Below, piece after piece: positions 40,635-50,362 of a stretch of DNA of 64,000 nucleotides (positions within the stretch are counted from its first letter, which is position 1; each line of letters starts with the position of its first letter). The DNA comes from Armatimonadota bacterium (GTDB lineage: Bacteria; Armatimonadota; Fimbriimonadia; Fimbriimonadales; GBS-DC). The translations under genes and the position numbers were made by a program. The stretch is from the NCBI GenBank assembly GCA_037445735.1, contig JBBIJY010000014.1, positions 1 through 64,000 on the forward strand, given 5' to 3'. Under the pieces are notes generated by a model. The model saw nothing but the letters and a program-made list of their open reading frames with translations, did not search any database and had not been told where the DNA came from.

Positions 40635-42578
40635 CTATCGCCAGCCATACACGAACGCAGCAATCAGCAGCAGGCACGCACCCAGCATCATCACGAGCGC
40701 ATACATGCGCACGGAACCACTCTGCAACCGCCGCACCATGCCGCCCATCGCGCGTGTCAGCCCCCCGGCTAAATTGACCAGCCCATCAATCAGCCCCTCG
40801 ACAAGGGTGCTGATAACCCATGCCCATGCGCCACCGAACTGGACGCCCAGCCAGCGCATCGCGCCGTCATAGCCCCACTGCCGATACAGCACGCCCCACA
40901 GCCCCTGCAACTGCGCCTCCTTTGCGGGCATGCCCGACCGATAGCGCGCGATGCCCAGCGCCAGCCCCAGGAATGCCGCCAGCAGCGCAGATGCCAGCAC
41001 CAGCGTCTTGCCGCTCTCACCCGCATCCTGCGCGAAGGCACTGGTCGGCTCCGCCGACGGCTTCAAAAACTCATGAATCGCATGCTCGCCTGGCAGCAGC
41101 CAGCCGAACAGCAACGAACCTGCCGCCAGCACAATCAGCACGCCCAGCACCACCCGGTATCGCTCCCGCTCCGGCGGATGGTGCTGAATCTTAGCGGTCG
41201 GTGGCGCAAAAAAGACCAGCCACACCAGCCGCGTCATGTAGAGCGCGGTCAGAAACGCCGTACCGATGCCGATCCAGAACAGCGCAGGCGCGCCGCCCCG
41301 ATACGCGCTCAACAGAATCGCCTCTTTCGACCAGTAGCCCGAAAAGGGCGGAAAGCCGCTGATTGCCAGCAAGCCGACCACCATCGTTGCAGCCGTCAGG
41401 GGCAGGTAGCGGCGCAGACCGCCCATCTCCCGAATATCGCCCCGATGATGGAGCGCGATCAGCACCGACCCTGCGCCCAGAAAGAGCAGCGCCTTGAAAA
41501 ACGCATGCGTCGCCACATGGAACATCCCGACCCAGAACGCGCCCATCCCACACGCCAGAAACATATAGCCCAGCTGGCTGACGGTGGAGAACGCCAGCAC
41601 GCGCTTGATGTCGGTCTGACCCAGCGCGACGCTGGCAGCAAAAATCGCCGTGAACGCGCCCACCAATGCGACCATTAGCATCGCAGCGGGCGCAAGCACA
41701 AACAGCGGATGCACCCGCGTGAGCAGATAGACGCCCGCCGTGACCATCGTCGCCGCGTGAATCAGCGCGGAGACGGGCGTCGGACCCGCCATCGCGTCAG
41801 GGAGCCAGAAATAGAGCGGCAACTGCGCCGATTTGCCCGTCGCCGCCAGAAACAGCAGCAGCGCCACCGTCGTCGCCAGCCCCGTGCCCACGCCCAGCAC
41901 CGCCTCCGCCCGCGCGTTCACCTGCTCAAACGACAGCGTGCCAAACTGCACCGCAATCATAAACATCGCCAGCAGAAAGCCCAGATCACCAATACGGTTC
42001 ACAATAAACGCCTTGTTCGCCGAATCGGTGTTGTATTTCCAGTCCGCGTTCCGATAAAAGTAGCCAATCAGCAGGTAGCTGCACAGCCCCACGCCCTCCC
42101 AGCCGATGAACATCACCAGAAAGTTGCCCGCCAGCACCAGCACCAGCATAAAGAAGATGAACAGGTTGAAATAGGTGAAAAAGCGCGGATAATCTTCGTC
42201 CTCTGCCATGTAGCCCGTCGCGTAAAGGTGGATCAGCCCGCCGATGCCGGACACAATCAGGCACATCAGCACCGAAAGCGGGTCAATAACGAACTCGAAC
42301 GGAACCCTGAGCTGTCCGACGGTGAGCCAGTCGGCAAGGGTGTGGATGGCTTTGCGCGATTCTTCGGGCAGCTTCAGGAGCGCCTGCAGAAGTTGCAGGC
42401 TGAACCCGAAGGCGGCGAACACCACGCCCGTGCCGACTGCGCCCACCAGCCATTTGCCGGCGCGGGCGCCCAGCCAGCGGATGAGCGCCCCGCCGAACAG
42501 TGCGTGGAACAGAAAGCCTGCAAATGGCAGACCCAGAATCAGCAGAACCTTCTCCGTCGGTAGTAGATGGGTCTCCAT
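40635..42578 (-). CDS. nuoL: NADH-quinone oxidoreductase subunit L
   Basis: GWEGVGLCSYLLIG, KAFIVNRIGD, GKSAQLPL..WLPDAMAGPTPVSALIHAATMV and HAFFKALLFL motifs. Confidence 0.93.
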   Translation of the reverse strand: METHLLPTEKVLLILGLPFAGFLFHALFGGALIRWLGARAGKWLVGAVGTGVVFAAFGFSLQLLQALLKLPEESRKAIHTLADWLTVGQLRVPFEFVIDPLSVLMCLIVSGIGGLIHLYATGYMAEDEDYPRFFTYFNLFIFFMLVLVLAGNFLVMFIGWEGVGLCSYLLIGYFYRNADWKYNTDSANKAFIVNRIGDLGFLLAMFMIAVQFGTLSFEQVNARAEAVLGVGTGLATTVALLLFLAATGKSAQLPLYFWLPDAMAGPTPVSALIHAATMVTAGVYLLTRVHPLFVLAPAAMLMVALVGAFTAIFAASVALGQTDIKRVLAFSTVSQLGYMFLACGMGAFWVGMFHVATHAFFKALLFLGAGSVLIALHHRGDIREMGGLRRYLPLTAATMVVGLLAISGFPPFSGYWSKEAILLSAYRGGAPALFWIGIGTAFLTALYMTRLVWLVFFAPPTAKIQHHPPERERYRVVLGVLIVLAAGSLLFGWLLPGEHAIHEFLKPSAEPTSAFAQDAGESGKTLVLASALLAAFLGLALGIARYRSGMPAKEAQLQGLWGVLYRQWGYDGAMRWLGVQFGGAWAWVISTLVEGLIDGLVNLAGGLTRAMGGMVRRLQSGSVRMYALVMMLGACLLLIAAFVYGWR

Positions 42579-42598
42579 CGCTCACGCCTCAGCTCGAC

Positions 42599-43699
42599 TC
42601 ACGGCTTCTGTTGCGCCCGGCGGAACCTGGCGAGTCGTTCCTCGATCTCGCGCTTGAGTTCATCGGGTATACCGCTCTGCTCCTTCAGCAGGGCGACCGC
42701 CTTCTCCTGATAGCGAATCGCCTCCTCCACTTTGCCCTGCTTGAACAGCGCGTAGGCGAGCGTGTCCAGAATGAACGGGTCCTTCTCGTTCGTCAGTTGC
42801 ACGGCGCGTCGGGCGATTTCGACGGCGAGCGCGTAGTCGGGCGACTTGAGCGGTCGCTCGGTGTTGTCCTCCACGATGCTCCACGCCAGCATGTTGAGCG
42901 CGCCGGGATTGTTTTTGAACTCGCTGTTTGCCAGCTGACGCGCCAGCGCATAGGCTTTCGGCTCATCCACATAGAGCAGAATCTCGTAGCGTGTCAGCAT
43001 GAATGTTGTTTTGTAGGCGGGGTAGCGCTTTTCAGCTTGCTGGAGCGTCTTCAGCGCGTCGGCGTACTTCTTCTGCTGGCGCAGGGTTTGCACGCGCCGC
43101 ATGAGTTGACCCACCGCGGCTTCATCGCGCTCGCGTGCCTGGCGCTCCTTCGCAACCTGTTGCCAGTTGAACCTGCCTGCGAGCACCTGCTCCAGTACCT
43201 GCTCCAGCTCCGCCATCGGGTGCCCAATCCACACGATGCGCCCGCGCTGGTCGATGACAAATGCGGTGGGGATGCCGTTCTGACCGGCGGCGGTCATCCA
43301 CGCCTTTGCCACCGTGCCCTGAGGGTCATCCACCGCGACGGTGTAGTCCATCTTCTCGCCCATCTCGCGCACGAACTGCTCCACGCGCGGGATGTAATCA
43401 TCGCTGGTGCTGCCCCGTGGGTTCTCCCAGATGCTGACGCCCACAAAGGTTACCTTGCCCGCGAACTTTCTGGCGAGTTCCGTCAGGTGCGGGATCGACT
43501 GCCGACAGGGACCGCACCAGGTCGCCCAGAACTCGACCACATAGACCCTGCCAGGTTCGAATTGCTGTACCGGGTCGCCCTTGATCCAGCGGGCAACTTT
43601 GAGCGGGGGCGCCTTATCGCCCTCTTTGAGCGTTGCCTGCGCCCACAGCGCGGGCATCAGGCACAGCAGCAGACCGAGACTCCACCCGAGATGTCGCAT
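42599..43699 (-). CDS. TlpA-family redoxin with C-terminal TPR
   Basis: Signal peptide, [20 protein letters not shown] and [11 protein letters not shown] motifs. Confidence 0.88.
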   Translation of the reverse strand: MRHLGWSLGLLLCLMPALWAQATLKEGDKAPPLKVARWIKGDPVQQFEPGRVYVVEFWATWCGPCRQSIPHLTELARKFAGKVTFVGVSIWENPRGSTSDDYIPRVEQFVREMGEKMDYTVAVDDPQGTVAKAWMTAAGQNGIPTAFVIDQRGRIVWIGHPMAELEQVLEQVLAGRFNWQQVAKERQARERDEAAVGQLMRRVQTLRQQKKYADALKTLQQAEKRYPAYKTTFMLTRYEILLYVDEPKAYALARQLANSEFKNNPGALNMLAWSIVEDNTERPLKSPDYALAVEIARRAVQLTNEKDPFILDTLAYALFKQGKVEEAIRYQEKAVALLKEQSGIPDELKREIEERLARFRRAQQKP

Positions 43700-43720
43700 C
43701 GGTTCACCTCCACGCTTTCA

Positions 43721-44617
43721 CTATACCCGACGATGCCGCTCCAGAAACGCCTGCAGGGCGGTGATGTCGCCCTGCTGAAGCCATTCGTGGATTTGTTGCA
43801 GGTGTGTTTGCAGGCGTTGCAGGAGGGGCGACAGCGCGTCGCGATTGAGCATCAGTAGTTCCGCCCAGAGCGCGGGGTCACTGCCAGCCACGCGCGTGGC
43901 GTCGCGCCAGCTGCTACCGCCCGACAGCTGAGAGGGATTCTCGTTTTGCAACGCCATCAGGCTGAACGCGATGCAATGGGGCAGGAAGCTGAGCAACGCG
44001 AACTCGCGATCGTGCTGTTGGGCGTCCATCCGCATGGGGTTTGCCCTCAGCTGGCGCACGAACGCTTCCACCTGCTGGAGGGCGTCGGCGTCGGTGCGCG
44101 GGATGGGCGTCAGCACCCATATGGCGTCTTTGAACAGGTCAGCTCGCGCGGCGTGCAACCCGCTCCGCTCCGTGCCTGCAATCGGATGCCCGCCCACAAA
44201 TCGTTCTGGATAAGGCAGGCTCGCCTGCGCCCACGCCAGCACGGGCGCTTTCACGCTCGCCACATCGGTCAGCACAGTGGCGGGTTTCAGATGGGGCGCC
44301 AGCGCCTGAAAGCAATCGGGCATCGCGCCAGGCGGGGTCGCCAGCACAATCAGGTCGGCATCGGCGCACGCCTGAAGCGCGTTGCAGGGACGGTCAATCA
44401 CGCCCTGCGCCTGCGCGGCGGCGAGCGTGTCGGGGTCGATATCGTAGCCGCTTACTTCTAACCCCTCATCGGAACCGTTGCCTTCCCTCTCACCCGTACC
44501 CTCTCCCCCAAAGGGGGAGAGGGCTTTCTGAACCCTCTCACCCCAGAGGGGGTTGGCTTTTGCAGCCAGTCCGATGGAGGCGCCGATGCTGCCCAGCCCG
44601 ATAATGCACAGGCGCAT
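43721..44617 (-). CDS. tyrA: Prephenate dehydrogenase with an in-frame REP-derived insertion
   Basis: IIGLGSIGASI, TDVASVK, GGHPIAGTE.SG, HD..FA..S.LPH and RD.TRVA motifs. Confidence 0.88.
   Translation of the reverse strand: MRLCIIGLGSIGASIGLAAKANPLWGERVQKALSPFGGEGTGEREGNGSDEGLEVSGYDIDPDTLAAAQAQGVIDRPCNALQACADADLIVLATPPGAMPDCFQALAPHLKPATVLTDVASVKAPVLAWAQASLPYPERFVGGHPIAGTERSGLHAARADLFKDAIWVLTPIPRTDADALQQVEAFVRQLRANPMRMDAQQHDREFALLSFLPHCIAFSLMALQNENPSQLSGGSSWRDATRVAGSDPALWAELLMLNRDALSPLLQRLQTHLQQIHEWLQQGDITALQAFLERHRRV
44485..44555. repeat. REP-family palindrome inside tyrA
   Basis: ccctctcacccgtaccctctcccccaaagggggagaggg closely matches the intergenic copy at about 4510. Confidence 0.85.
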
Positions 44618-44620
44618 TTT

Positions 44621-45577
44621 TCAGCGGATGTTCTGGTACACACCCATCTGGCGGAATCGCTGGTAGCGTTGCTCGCGCAGGGCATCGGGCGAGAGCGCGC
44701 TCAATTCGTCCAGCTGCTGGAGCACGGCGGTGCGAACGCTGAGCGCGGTGGTCTGCGGGTCGCGATGGGCGGCGCCGAGCGGTTCGGGAATAATCAGATC
44801 GATCAATCCCATCTGCAGGGCGTCTTCGGCGGTCAGGCGCAGCGCTTCGGCTGCCTGCGCCGCGCGGTTCGGGTCGCGCCACAGGATGGCTGCGCAGCCT
44901 TCGGGCGGAATCACCGAGTAGATGGCGTGTTCCAGCATCAGCACGCGATTGGTCGCCGCCAGCGCGATTGCGCCGCCGCTGCCCCCCTCGCCCAGAATGA
45001 CCGACACGGTGGGCACGGTGAGATCGAACAGCGTCAGCATCGAGCGGGCAATCGCCTCGCTGATGCCCCGCGCCTCCGATTCGACGCCCGGATCGGCAGC
45101 GGGCGTATCGACCAGCGTCAGCACGGGCAGGCGGAACTTCTCGGCGAGCTGGAACATCCGCATCGCCTTGCGGTAGCCTTCGGGCTTTGCCATGCCGAAG
45201 TTGCGCCGCTGGCGCTCCTTCAGGTCGCGCCCCTTCTGCTGACCCACCACAACCAGCCGATAGCGTCCCAGCCGCGCCAGCCCCGCCACAATCGCAGGGT
45301 CATCAAAGCCCAGACGGTCGCCATGCAGCTCCAGAAATTGCTCACACATCAATCGGATATAGTCCATCGCATACGGTCGTTTGGGATGGCGGGCCAGCAG
45401 CACCTTGTCCCACGGCTTCAGGTGCGCGAAAATCTGGCGCAGGAGCCGTTCACGCTGGCTTTCCAGCTCGGCAATCTCTTTCGAGCGGTCCAGCCCCTTC
45501 TCGGCTGCCAGCCGCCGCAGCTCCTCGATGGCGTTCTCCAGCTCGGTGATGGGCTTCTCAAAATCGAAGATGGTCAT
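44621..45577 (-). CDS. accA: Acetyl-CoA carboxylase carboxyltransferase alpha
   Basis: DFEKPI, ARHPKRP, ELHGDR, PEGYRKA, GEGGSGGA and YSVIPPEGCAAILW motifs. ATG at 45577. Confidence 0.95.
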   Translation of the reverse strand: MTIFDFEKPITELENAIEELRRLAAEKGLDRSKEIAELESQRERLLRQIFAHLKPWDKVLLARHPKRPYAMDYIRLMCEQFLELHGDRLGFDDPAIVAGLARLGRYRLVVVGQQKGRDLKERQRRNFGMAKPEGYRKAMRMFQLAEKFRLPVLTLVDTPAADPGVESEARGISEAIARSMLTLFDLTVPTVSVILGEGGSGGAIALAATNRVLMLEHAIYSVIPPEGCAAILWRDPNRAAQAAEALRLTAEDALQMGLIDLIIPEPLGAAHRDPQTTALSVRTAVLQQLDELSALSPDALREQRYQRFRQMGVYQNIR

Positions 45578-46392
45578 GGTCGCCCTCCCGCGTCGCTCTG
45601 GAGCATTTCCAGCAGGTAGATGAGCGTGGGGCGCACCTGACGGCGCGGCACGATGAGGTCGATCATGCCATGTTCGTGCTGGAACTCGGCGGTCTGGAAG
45701 TTCGCGGGCGTTTTGCCGACGCTGGCTTGCGCGGCGACCCGCTGACCGGCGAAGCCGACCAGTGCGCCCGGCTCGGCGAGAATCACATCGGCAAGCGAGG
45801 CGAAGCTGGCTAACACGCCCGCCATCGTCGGATCGGTGAACACCGCCAGGTAGGGCAGTCCTGCACGATGGTGGCGGGCGACGGCAGCGGTGGTTTTCGC
45901 CATCTGCATCAATGAAATCAGCCCTTCCTGCATGCGCGCCCCGCCCGATGCGCAGAACATCAGCACGGGGCACCGCTCATCAACCGCGCGTTCGAAGCAG
46001 CGCACCACCTTCTCGCCCACCACTGACCCCATGCTGCCACCCATGAAGGCGAAATCCATCACGCCCAGCACGACGGGCAGGCCGCCAATCTGCGCTGTGC
46101 CCGTGACGATAGCCTCCTGCTCGCCCGTCGCCTGCCGCCCTTTTGCTAACTTGTCGGGATAGTCGGGAAAGGCGAGCGGGTCGTTGGAAATGAGTTCGGC
46201 ATCCATCTCCACGAAGCTGTCGGGGTCCACCGTGATGGCGATTCGCTCGCGGGCGCGCAGGCGGTGATGATGCCCGCAGTGGCTGCAGACCCGCAGCGCG
46301 CGCTCAAAGTCGTTTTTAAAAAGAATCTTTTTGCATCTGGCGCACTGCACCCACTGCTCCGCGTTGATCTGCACAGCCGCTCGCCGTTGCAT
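45574..46392 (-). CDS. accD: Acetyl-CoA carboxylase carboxyltransferase beta
   Basis: W..C..C...VC..C zinc finger, GGSMGSVVGEK, SGGARMQEG..SLMQM and FQTAEF motifs. Confidence 0.96.
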   Translation of the reverse strand: MQRRAAVQINAEQWVQCARCKKILFKNDFERALRVCSHCGHHHRLRARERIAITVDPDSFVEMDAELISNDPLAFPDYPDKLAKGRQATGEQEAIVTGTAQIGGLPVVLGVMDFAFMGGSMGSVVGEKVVRCFERAVDERCPVLMFCASGGARMQEGLISLMQMAKTTAAVARHHRAGLPYLAVFTDPTMAGVLASFASLADVILAEPGALVGFAGQRVAAQASVGKTPANFQTAEFQHEHGMIDLIVPRRQVRPTLIYLLEMLQSDAGGRP

Positions 46393-46402
46393 GGCGGTGA
46401 TT

Positions 46403-46834
46403 TTACCTGACAGGTCGCTTGGGCGGGATGGGCTGTCCGTGCGGGCAGGTCTCAGGCTCGTTCATCAGGCGGGCGATGCGGTCTTCGAACTCTTCGGAGA
46501 TGTGATGCTCCAGTCGTTCGGCTTCAGCATGAGCCGCTTCGGGGCTGAAGCCGAGATGCTCGCACAGGTAGCGCTCCAGCAGGCGGTGATGGCGCACGAT
46601 CTCTTCGGCGTAGGCGCGTCCCTGCTCGGTCAGGCGCACGCCCCGATACGGCTGATGGCGCACCAGCCCCTGCTGTGCCAGCGATTTGCACATCTGCGAT
46701 ACTGCCGCAGGCGTGCAAGCCAGATGCTGTGCCAGCGCGGTCGTGCTGACAGGTTCCCCACCCTCGGACAGGCGCAGGATCGCCTTCAGATAGTCCTCCA
46801 CCGAGACATTCCCACCAATTTTGCGATTCACCAA
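46403..46834 (-). CDS. DtxR/MntR-family metal-dependent regulator
   Basis: EDYLKAI, YRGVRLT, RHHRLLERYL, EAERLEHHIS and PETCPHGQPIP motifs. Confidence 0.92.
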   Translation of the reverse strand: MVNRKIGGNVSVEDYLKAILRLSEGGEPVSTTALAQHLACTPAAVSQMCKSLAQQGLVRHQPYRGVRLTEQGRAYAEEIVRHHRLLERYLCEHLGFSPEAAHAEAERLEHHISEEFEDRIARLMNEPETCPHGQPIPPKRPVR

Positions 46835-46884
46835 CAGGAATTATACCCGACCTGTAGTATAACCCCATTTGTGGGAGGCGAACG

Positions 46885-47694
46885 ATGCGCCAGAGAGCCT
46901 TTACCTTGATTGAGTTGCTGGTTGTGATAGCAATCATCGCCATTTTAGCGGCGATGCTGTTCCCGGTGTTCGCGCAATCGCGCGAATCGGCGCGTCAGGT
47001 GGTCTGCATGAGCAACCTGAAGCAGATTGGCAGCGCGATGCGGCTCTATCTCACCGATTACGACGAGATGTGGTTCCCCGCCTTCACCAGCGAGCGATTG
47101 CCTGGCTATCCGAACCCTTACAAGCCGTGGCTGGGGTTCGACACCACCAACGCGGCACCGATCGGCTGTTTCTATGGCGACACCACCCAGCCCGCGCGCC
47201 GACCGCCCCGAACAGGCATTATTGACCCCTATCTGAAAGATGAGGGGGTCAAACGCTGTCCCAGCATGCCCTCGATGTGGCAGACCGCGTATGTCATCAA
47301 CTGGTTCCACTCAAACTATAACTCGCCCTACTATGCGCGCAACCCCAACGCGCGGGGCAACGAATACAGCCCCGCGGTCAAGCAATTTAACTCGTTCAAC
47401 TGCACCTGTCTGCCCGCGCCCGACGCGGAGGTGGAGGAGCCGTCTCGCACGCTGATGATGTGGGAGCATGGCTATCGCACGCCGCTGTGCAACTGGCTTC
47501 AGCAGGCGGACTGGCCGCTGCGCGGGCTGGAGTGGCAGCAGGGTCCGCCGCGCATTCCCGCCTATATGGACCACTTCCATTTCCTGCATCGTGCGGGCGC
47601 CAGCACGCTCTGGGCGGATGGACACGCGCGACGGATGCTCTATGACCAGCTGCGCCGCCCGATGTTCTCCGCTAAAAAGAGCATCTATCAATAA
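46885..47694 (+). CDS. Prepilin-type N-terminal cleavage protein with H-X9-DG motif (DUF1559-like)
   Basis: [32 protein letters not shown] and [13 protein letters not shown] motifs. Confidence 0.92.
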   Translation: MRQRAFTLIELLVVIAIIAILAAMLFPVFAQSRESARQVVCMSNLKQIGSAMRLYLTDYDEMWFPAFTSERLPGYPNPYKPWLGFDTTNAAPIGCFYGDTTQPARRPPRTGIIDPYLKDEGVKRCPSMPSMWQTAYVINWFHSNYNSPYYARNPNARGNEYSPAVKQFNSFNCTCLPAPDAEVEEPSRTLMMWEHGYRTPLCNWLQQADWPLRGLEWQQGPPRIPAYMDHFHFLHRAGASTLWADGHARRMLYDQLRRPMFSAKKSIYQ

Positions 47695-47696
47695 GC

Positions 47697-47732
47697 AAAA
47701 GCCCCCGCCTCGCTGCTAAGGGAGACGGGGGC
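47697..47732 (-). terminator. Intrinsic terminator-like hairpin between convergent genes
   Basis: aaaa-gcccccg...cgggggc; the A-run gives a U-tract on the minus strand. Confidence 0.55.
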
Positions 47733-47754
47733 ACAAGCGCGGCTCGCAACCCGC

Positions 47755-48417
47755 TTATGATTTACGCCGACGCAGGCGCAGGAAGCCTGCCAGACCCGCG
47801 CCTAACGCCAGCAGGCTCGCCGGCTCCGGCACCGCGTAGCGGAACAGAATCATGTCATATGGCTGTTGCAGGCGTGAGCCGGGAATATTTTGCCAGATTG
47901 GGGTTAGAGCAGGCATGCCGCCATAATTGGTGGGCAAGCCGAATCCGGCGAGGGCGGTGCCTGCAACCGCTGGCGACCACGCATTGCTGCTGTTGGCAGC
48001 AGCAATCCAGCTGCTCACGGTCGACTGGTTCGGCATATAGTAGTCGTTTGGCGGCGGATAGTTGCCAATCCACACCGCTTCCCAGCCGCTGCCAGGAGTG
48101 ATGGGCACATAGGGACCGCTTCCTATCTTCACATAGCCGCCCAGTCCCCAAACGGCTGCCCCGATGTCCCGGGCGACTACATACAGGTAGTCGGTCGTGC
48201 CGGCGCTGAAGGTGTAGTTGGCGGCGGTACCCCAGCCCAGAACTCCGCCGATGTAGGTCAGCGACGCACCTGAAGCATCACCCACATACAGGTCGTACTG
48301 GTCGTCAGCCGACATCCATACATTCAGACCCACGGCGTGCAGAGCCGAGAGGCTCAGCGTTAGCGCAATCAACAATCCCGCAACTTTGAGCCGCACACCT
48401 GTGTTGGTTCGGTTCAT
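47755..48417 (-). CDS. PEP-CTERM sorting domain protein
   Basis: Signal peptide, ADDQYDLYVG domain, and C-terminal VPEPASLLALGAGLAGFLRLRRRKS. Confidence 0.93.
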   Translation of the reverse strand: MNRTNTGVRLKVAGLLIALTLSLSALHAVGLNVWMSADDQYDLYVGDASGASLTYIGGVLGWGTAANYTFSAGTTDYLYVVARDIGAAVWGLGGYVKIGSGPYVPITPGSGWEAVWIGNYPPPNDYYMPNQSTVSSWIAAANSSNAWSPAVAGTALAGFGLPTNYGGMPALTPIWQNIPGSRLQQPYDMILFRYAVPEPASLLALGAGLAGFLRLRRRKS

Positions 48418-48517
48418 CTCATAGACCTCCTCTTTGTTATACCACATGGCTGACAAAAAAATGGCTGACAAAAAAGTCAAGGCCCCCGTTCGGTTCATCT
48501 CATAGACCTCCTCTTTG
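48407..48517. repeat. Exact 30-bp direct repeat (RBS plus start codons) flanking a 51-bp promoter-like segment
   Basis: gttcggttcatctcatagacctcctctttg at 48407-48436 and 48488-48517. Confidence 0.9.
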
Positions 48518-48661
48518 GTGATAGGACCCACCCCATGTGCTTGCAGGTGCGTCCGATATACAGCCTGTAAAGCAACTTTCATGCCAGAGCCGACAGGCAC
48601 GAGCGCCTACTCTTTAAATGACTCGAAAAACCCCCAGAAGCGGACATCGAAGAGGTCGAAA

Positions 48662-49987
48662 TCAGGCGTGTCGCCTGCGCTGAATAACGCCCAAAATTAG
48701 GGCGAGCGCGCACAGCCAGGGCAGATAGTCGCCCAGCAGGGTATAGAGCGTGCCGCTGGGCGCGATACGCACCGTCGCCGTCAGCACAGTCGGCTCCATC
48801 TCTGGCGATTCCGCGACCACACGACCTACCCGATTGACAATCAACGAAACAGCCCTGCTTTCTGACCGCACAATCGGCACTCGATGCTCTGCGGCACGAA
48901 TGGTATGGATGGCGCCATGCAGATGATGAAACGCCAGATTGCCAGCAGTCGGATCATAAGTGGGCACGCCAATCAGCACCACACGCTTCTGGCACAGCTG
49001 GCGCACCGTGTCGGTAAACATCGTATCGTAGCAGATGGCGGCGCCCACAGGTCCGAATGGCGTCAGCAAAGGCTCCGCTTGCGTGCCCGGAATAGAGTTC
49101 TCACCAATGTAAGGGTGCATCTTGTGATAGGGTTGAGTCATTCTACCACCGGGGAAAGCGACCGCGGCGCAGTTGTAGTCGCCACTCCCAAACGCAACCA
49201 TCACCGGGATACCCATCTGTTGCGTCAGCGGCACTGCCTCCCATTCAGCAATCGATAGCTCTGGTATCACGGCGAACTGCGCTCCCGATTGACGAACCTG
49301 CTGAATCAGCACGGGATCGGTGGGTTCACCCTGCACAGCAGCGACGCGCAGGGCTGTCCCGCGCGATTCGCTCCACCATGCTGCGATCGCGCCCAGCAGG
49401 TGAATCGCTGCCACTATCAGCAGCATGGCTGTGAGGGCGGGCGTCCACCGCCGCATCGCGAGTGCGTAGCCCAGCGCGCCCCAGCCACCCCAGAGCAAAA
49501 GCGACAACCCCCAGGCGCCCGTCACCATCGCCAGCTGCAGAAAGGGCACATCGCGCCAGACCGCCAGCGCCACATGGAACGGGATAAACACGCTGCCAAC
49601 CAGATATTCCAGCAGTGTGCCCGCCGCGCCTATGAGCAGGACGGCTCGCAGCCGCGATAGATCACCCACATCACGCGCAATCAGCCCCACCACGCCCACC
49701 GCCAGACCATAAATCAGGAAGGGTAGAGCCTCCACCAGCCGTTGAAACTCCAGCACGAACCCCATCACTGTCAGCCCTGCAAGCCAGCCGTGCAGCAGCC
49801 CCATCAAGAGCACCATCAGACGCGGCATTACCCAGAGGGCAGCAAAGAAAGGGGCGAGCGCAACGAAGGCAAGGGGCAGGTCATGAGGTGGCAGAGACAC
49901 CCCCATCAAGAATCCACTCAGCACCACTTCCAGCGTCGCTGTTAGCCAATCGACCGCTTGCTTGCGCGTTACAATCGTCGCCATCAT
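48662..49987 (-). CDS. Apolipoprotein N-acyltransferase-like protein (TM domain plus CN-hydrolase)
   Basis: N-terminal TMs, VAAVQG, IPEL, YHKMH, ICYD, IRAAEH and TLYTLLGD motifs. Confidence 0.8.
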   Translation of the reverse strand: MMATIVTRKQAVDWLTATLEVVLSGFLMGVSLPPHDLPLAFVALAPFFAALWVMPRLMVLLMGLLHGWLAGLTVMGFVLEFQRLVEALPFLIYGLAVGVVGLIARDVGDLSRLRAVLLIGAAGTLLEYLVGSVFIPFHVALAVWRDVPFLQLAMVTGAWGLSLLLWGGWGALGYALAMRRWTPALTAMLLIVAAIHLLGAIAAWWSESRGTALRVAAVQGEPTDPVLIQQVRQSGAQFAVIPELSIAEWEAVPLTQQMGIPVMVAFGSGDYNCAAVAFPGGRMTQPYHKMHPYIGENSIPGTQAEPLLTPFGPVGAAICYDTMFTDTVRQLCQKRVVLIGVPTYDPTAGNLAFHHLHGAIHTIRAAEHRVPIVRSESRAVSLIVNRVGRVVAESPEMEPTVLTATVRIAPSGTLYTLLGDYLPWLCALALILGVIQRRRHA

Positions 49988-50017
49988 GGAAAGTATACGC
50001 TCCTTTCTCCCAATCGC

Positions 50018-50272
50018 CTGCAACAACCGCTGCGGCTGGCAGCTTATTTGCGACAGGCAGGTGTAGAGGTGCTCCATACCACCGAGATGCCTCTGGGCAA
50101 CCGCACGCCTGACGAAGCCATCAAACAGGTATCGGTCCTACAGGAGTATGTGGTGGTGACCAAAGATAGCGATTTCGTGGACAATCTGCTACTGCATGGC
50201 AATGTTTACAAGTTGCTTTTAGTCAGCAGGCGATTCTTGAGGCTTTATCGGGGGCGCAGTTTGTGGAACTGA
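50018..50272 (+). pseudogene. DUF5615/PIN-like toxin fragment
   Basis: LAAYLRQAG.EVLHT..P.GNRTPD..I.......VVVTKDSDF. The expected N-terminal MKFL.D segment and an antitoxin are not seen. Confidence 0.55.
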
Positions 50273-50362
50273 CGCGCACGGGTTTGATGATTCACTGGTA
50301 GGATGGCTCTTTGGGGGCCGGGTACACTGCGCGGCGATGATGTACGCACCGCTAATCAAACC

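Noticed and set aside
44621-45973. 450-aa AccA and other upstream-extended ORFs (13238, 31747, 38528, 18453, 40663)
   Set aside because: The extensions overlap neighbouring genes or promoters, and family homology begins at the later starts used above.
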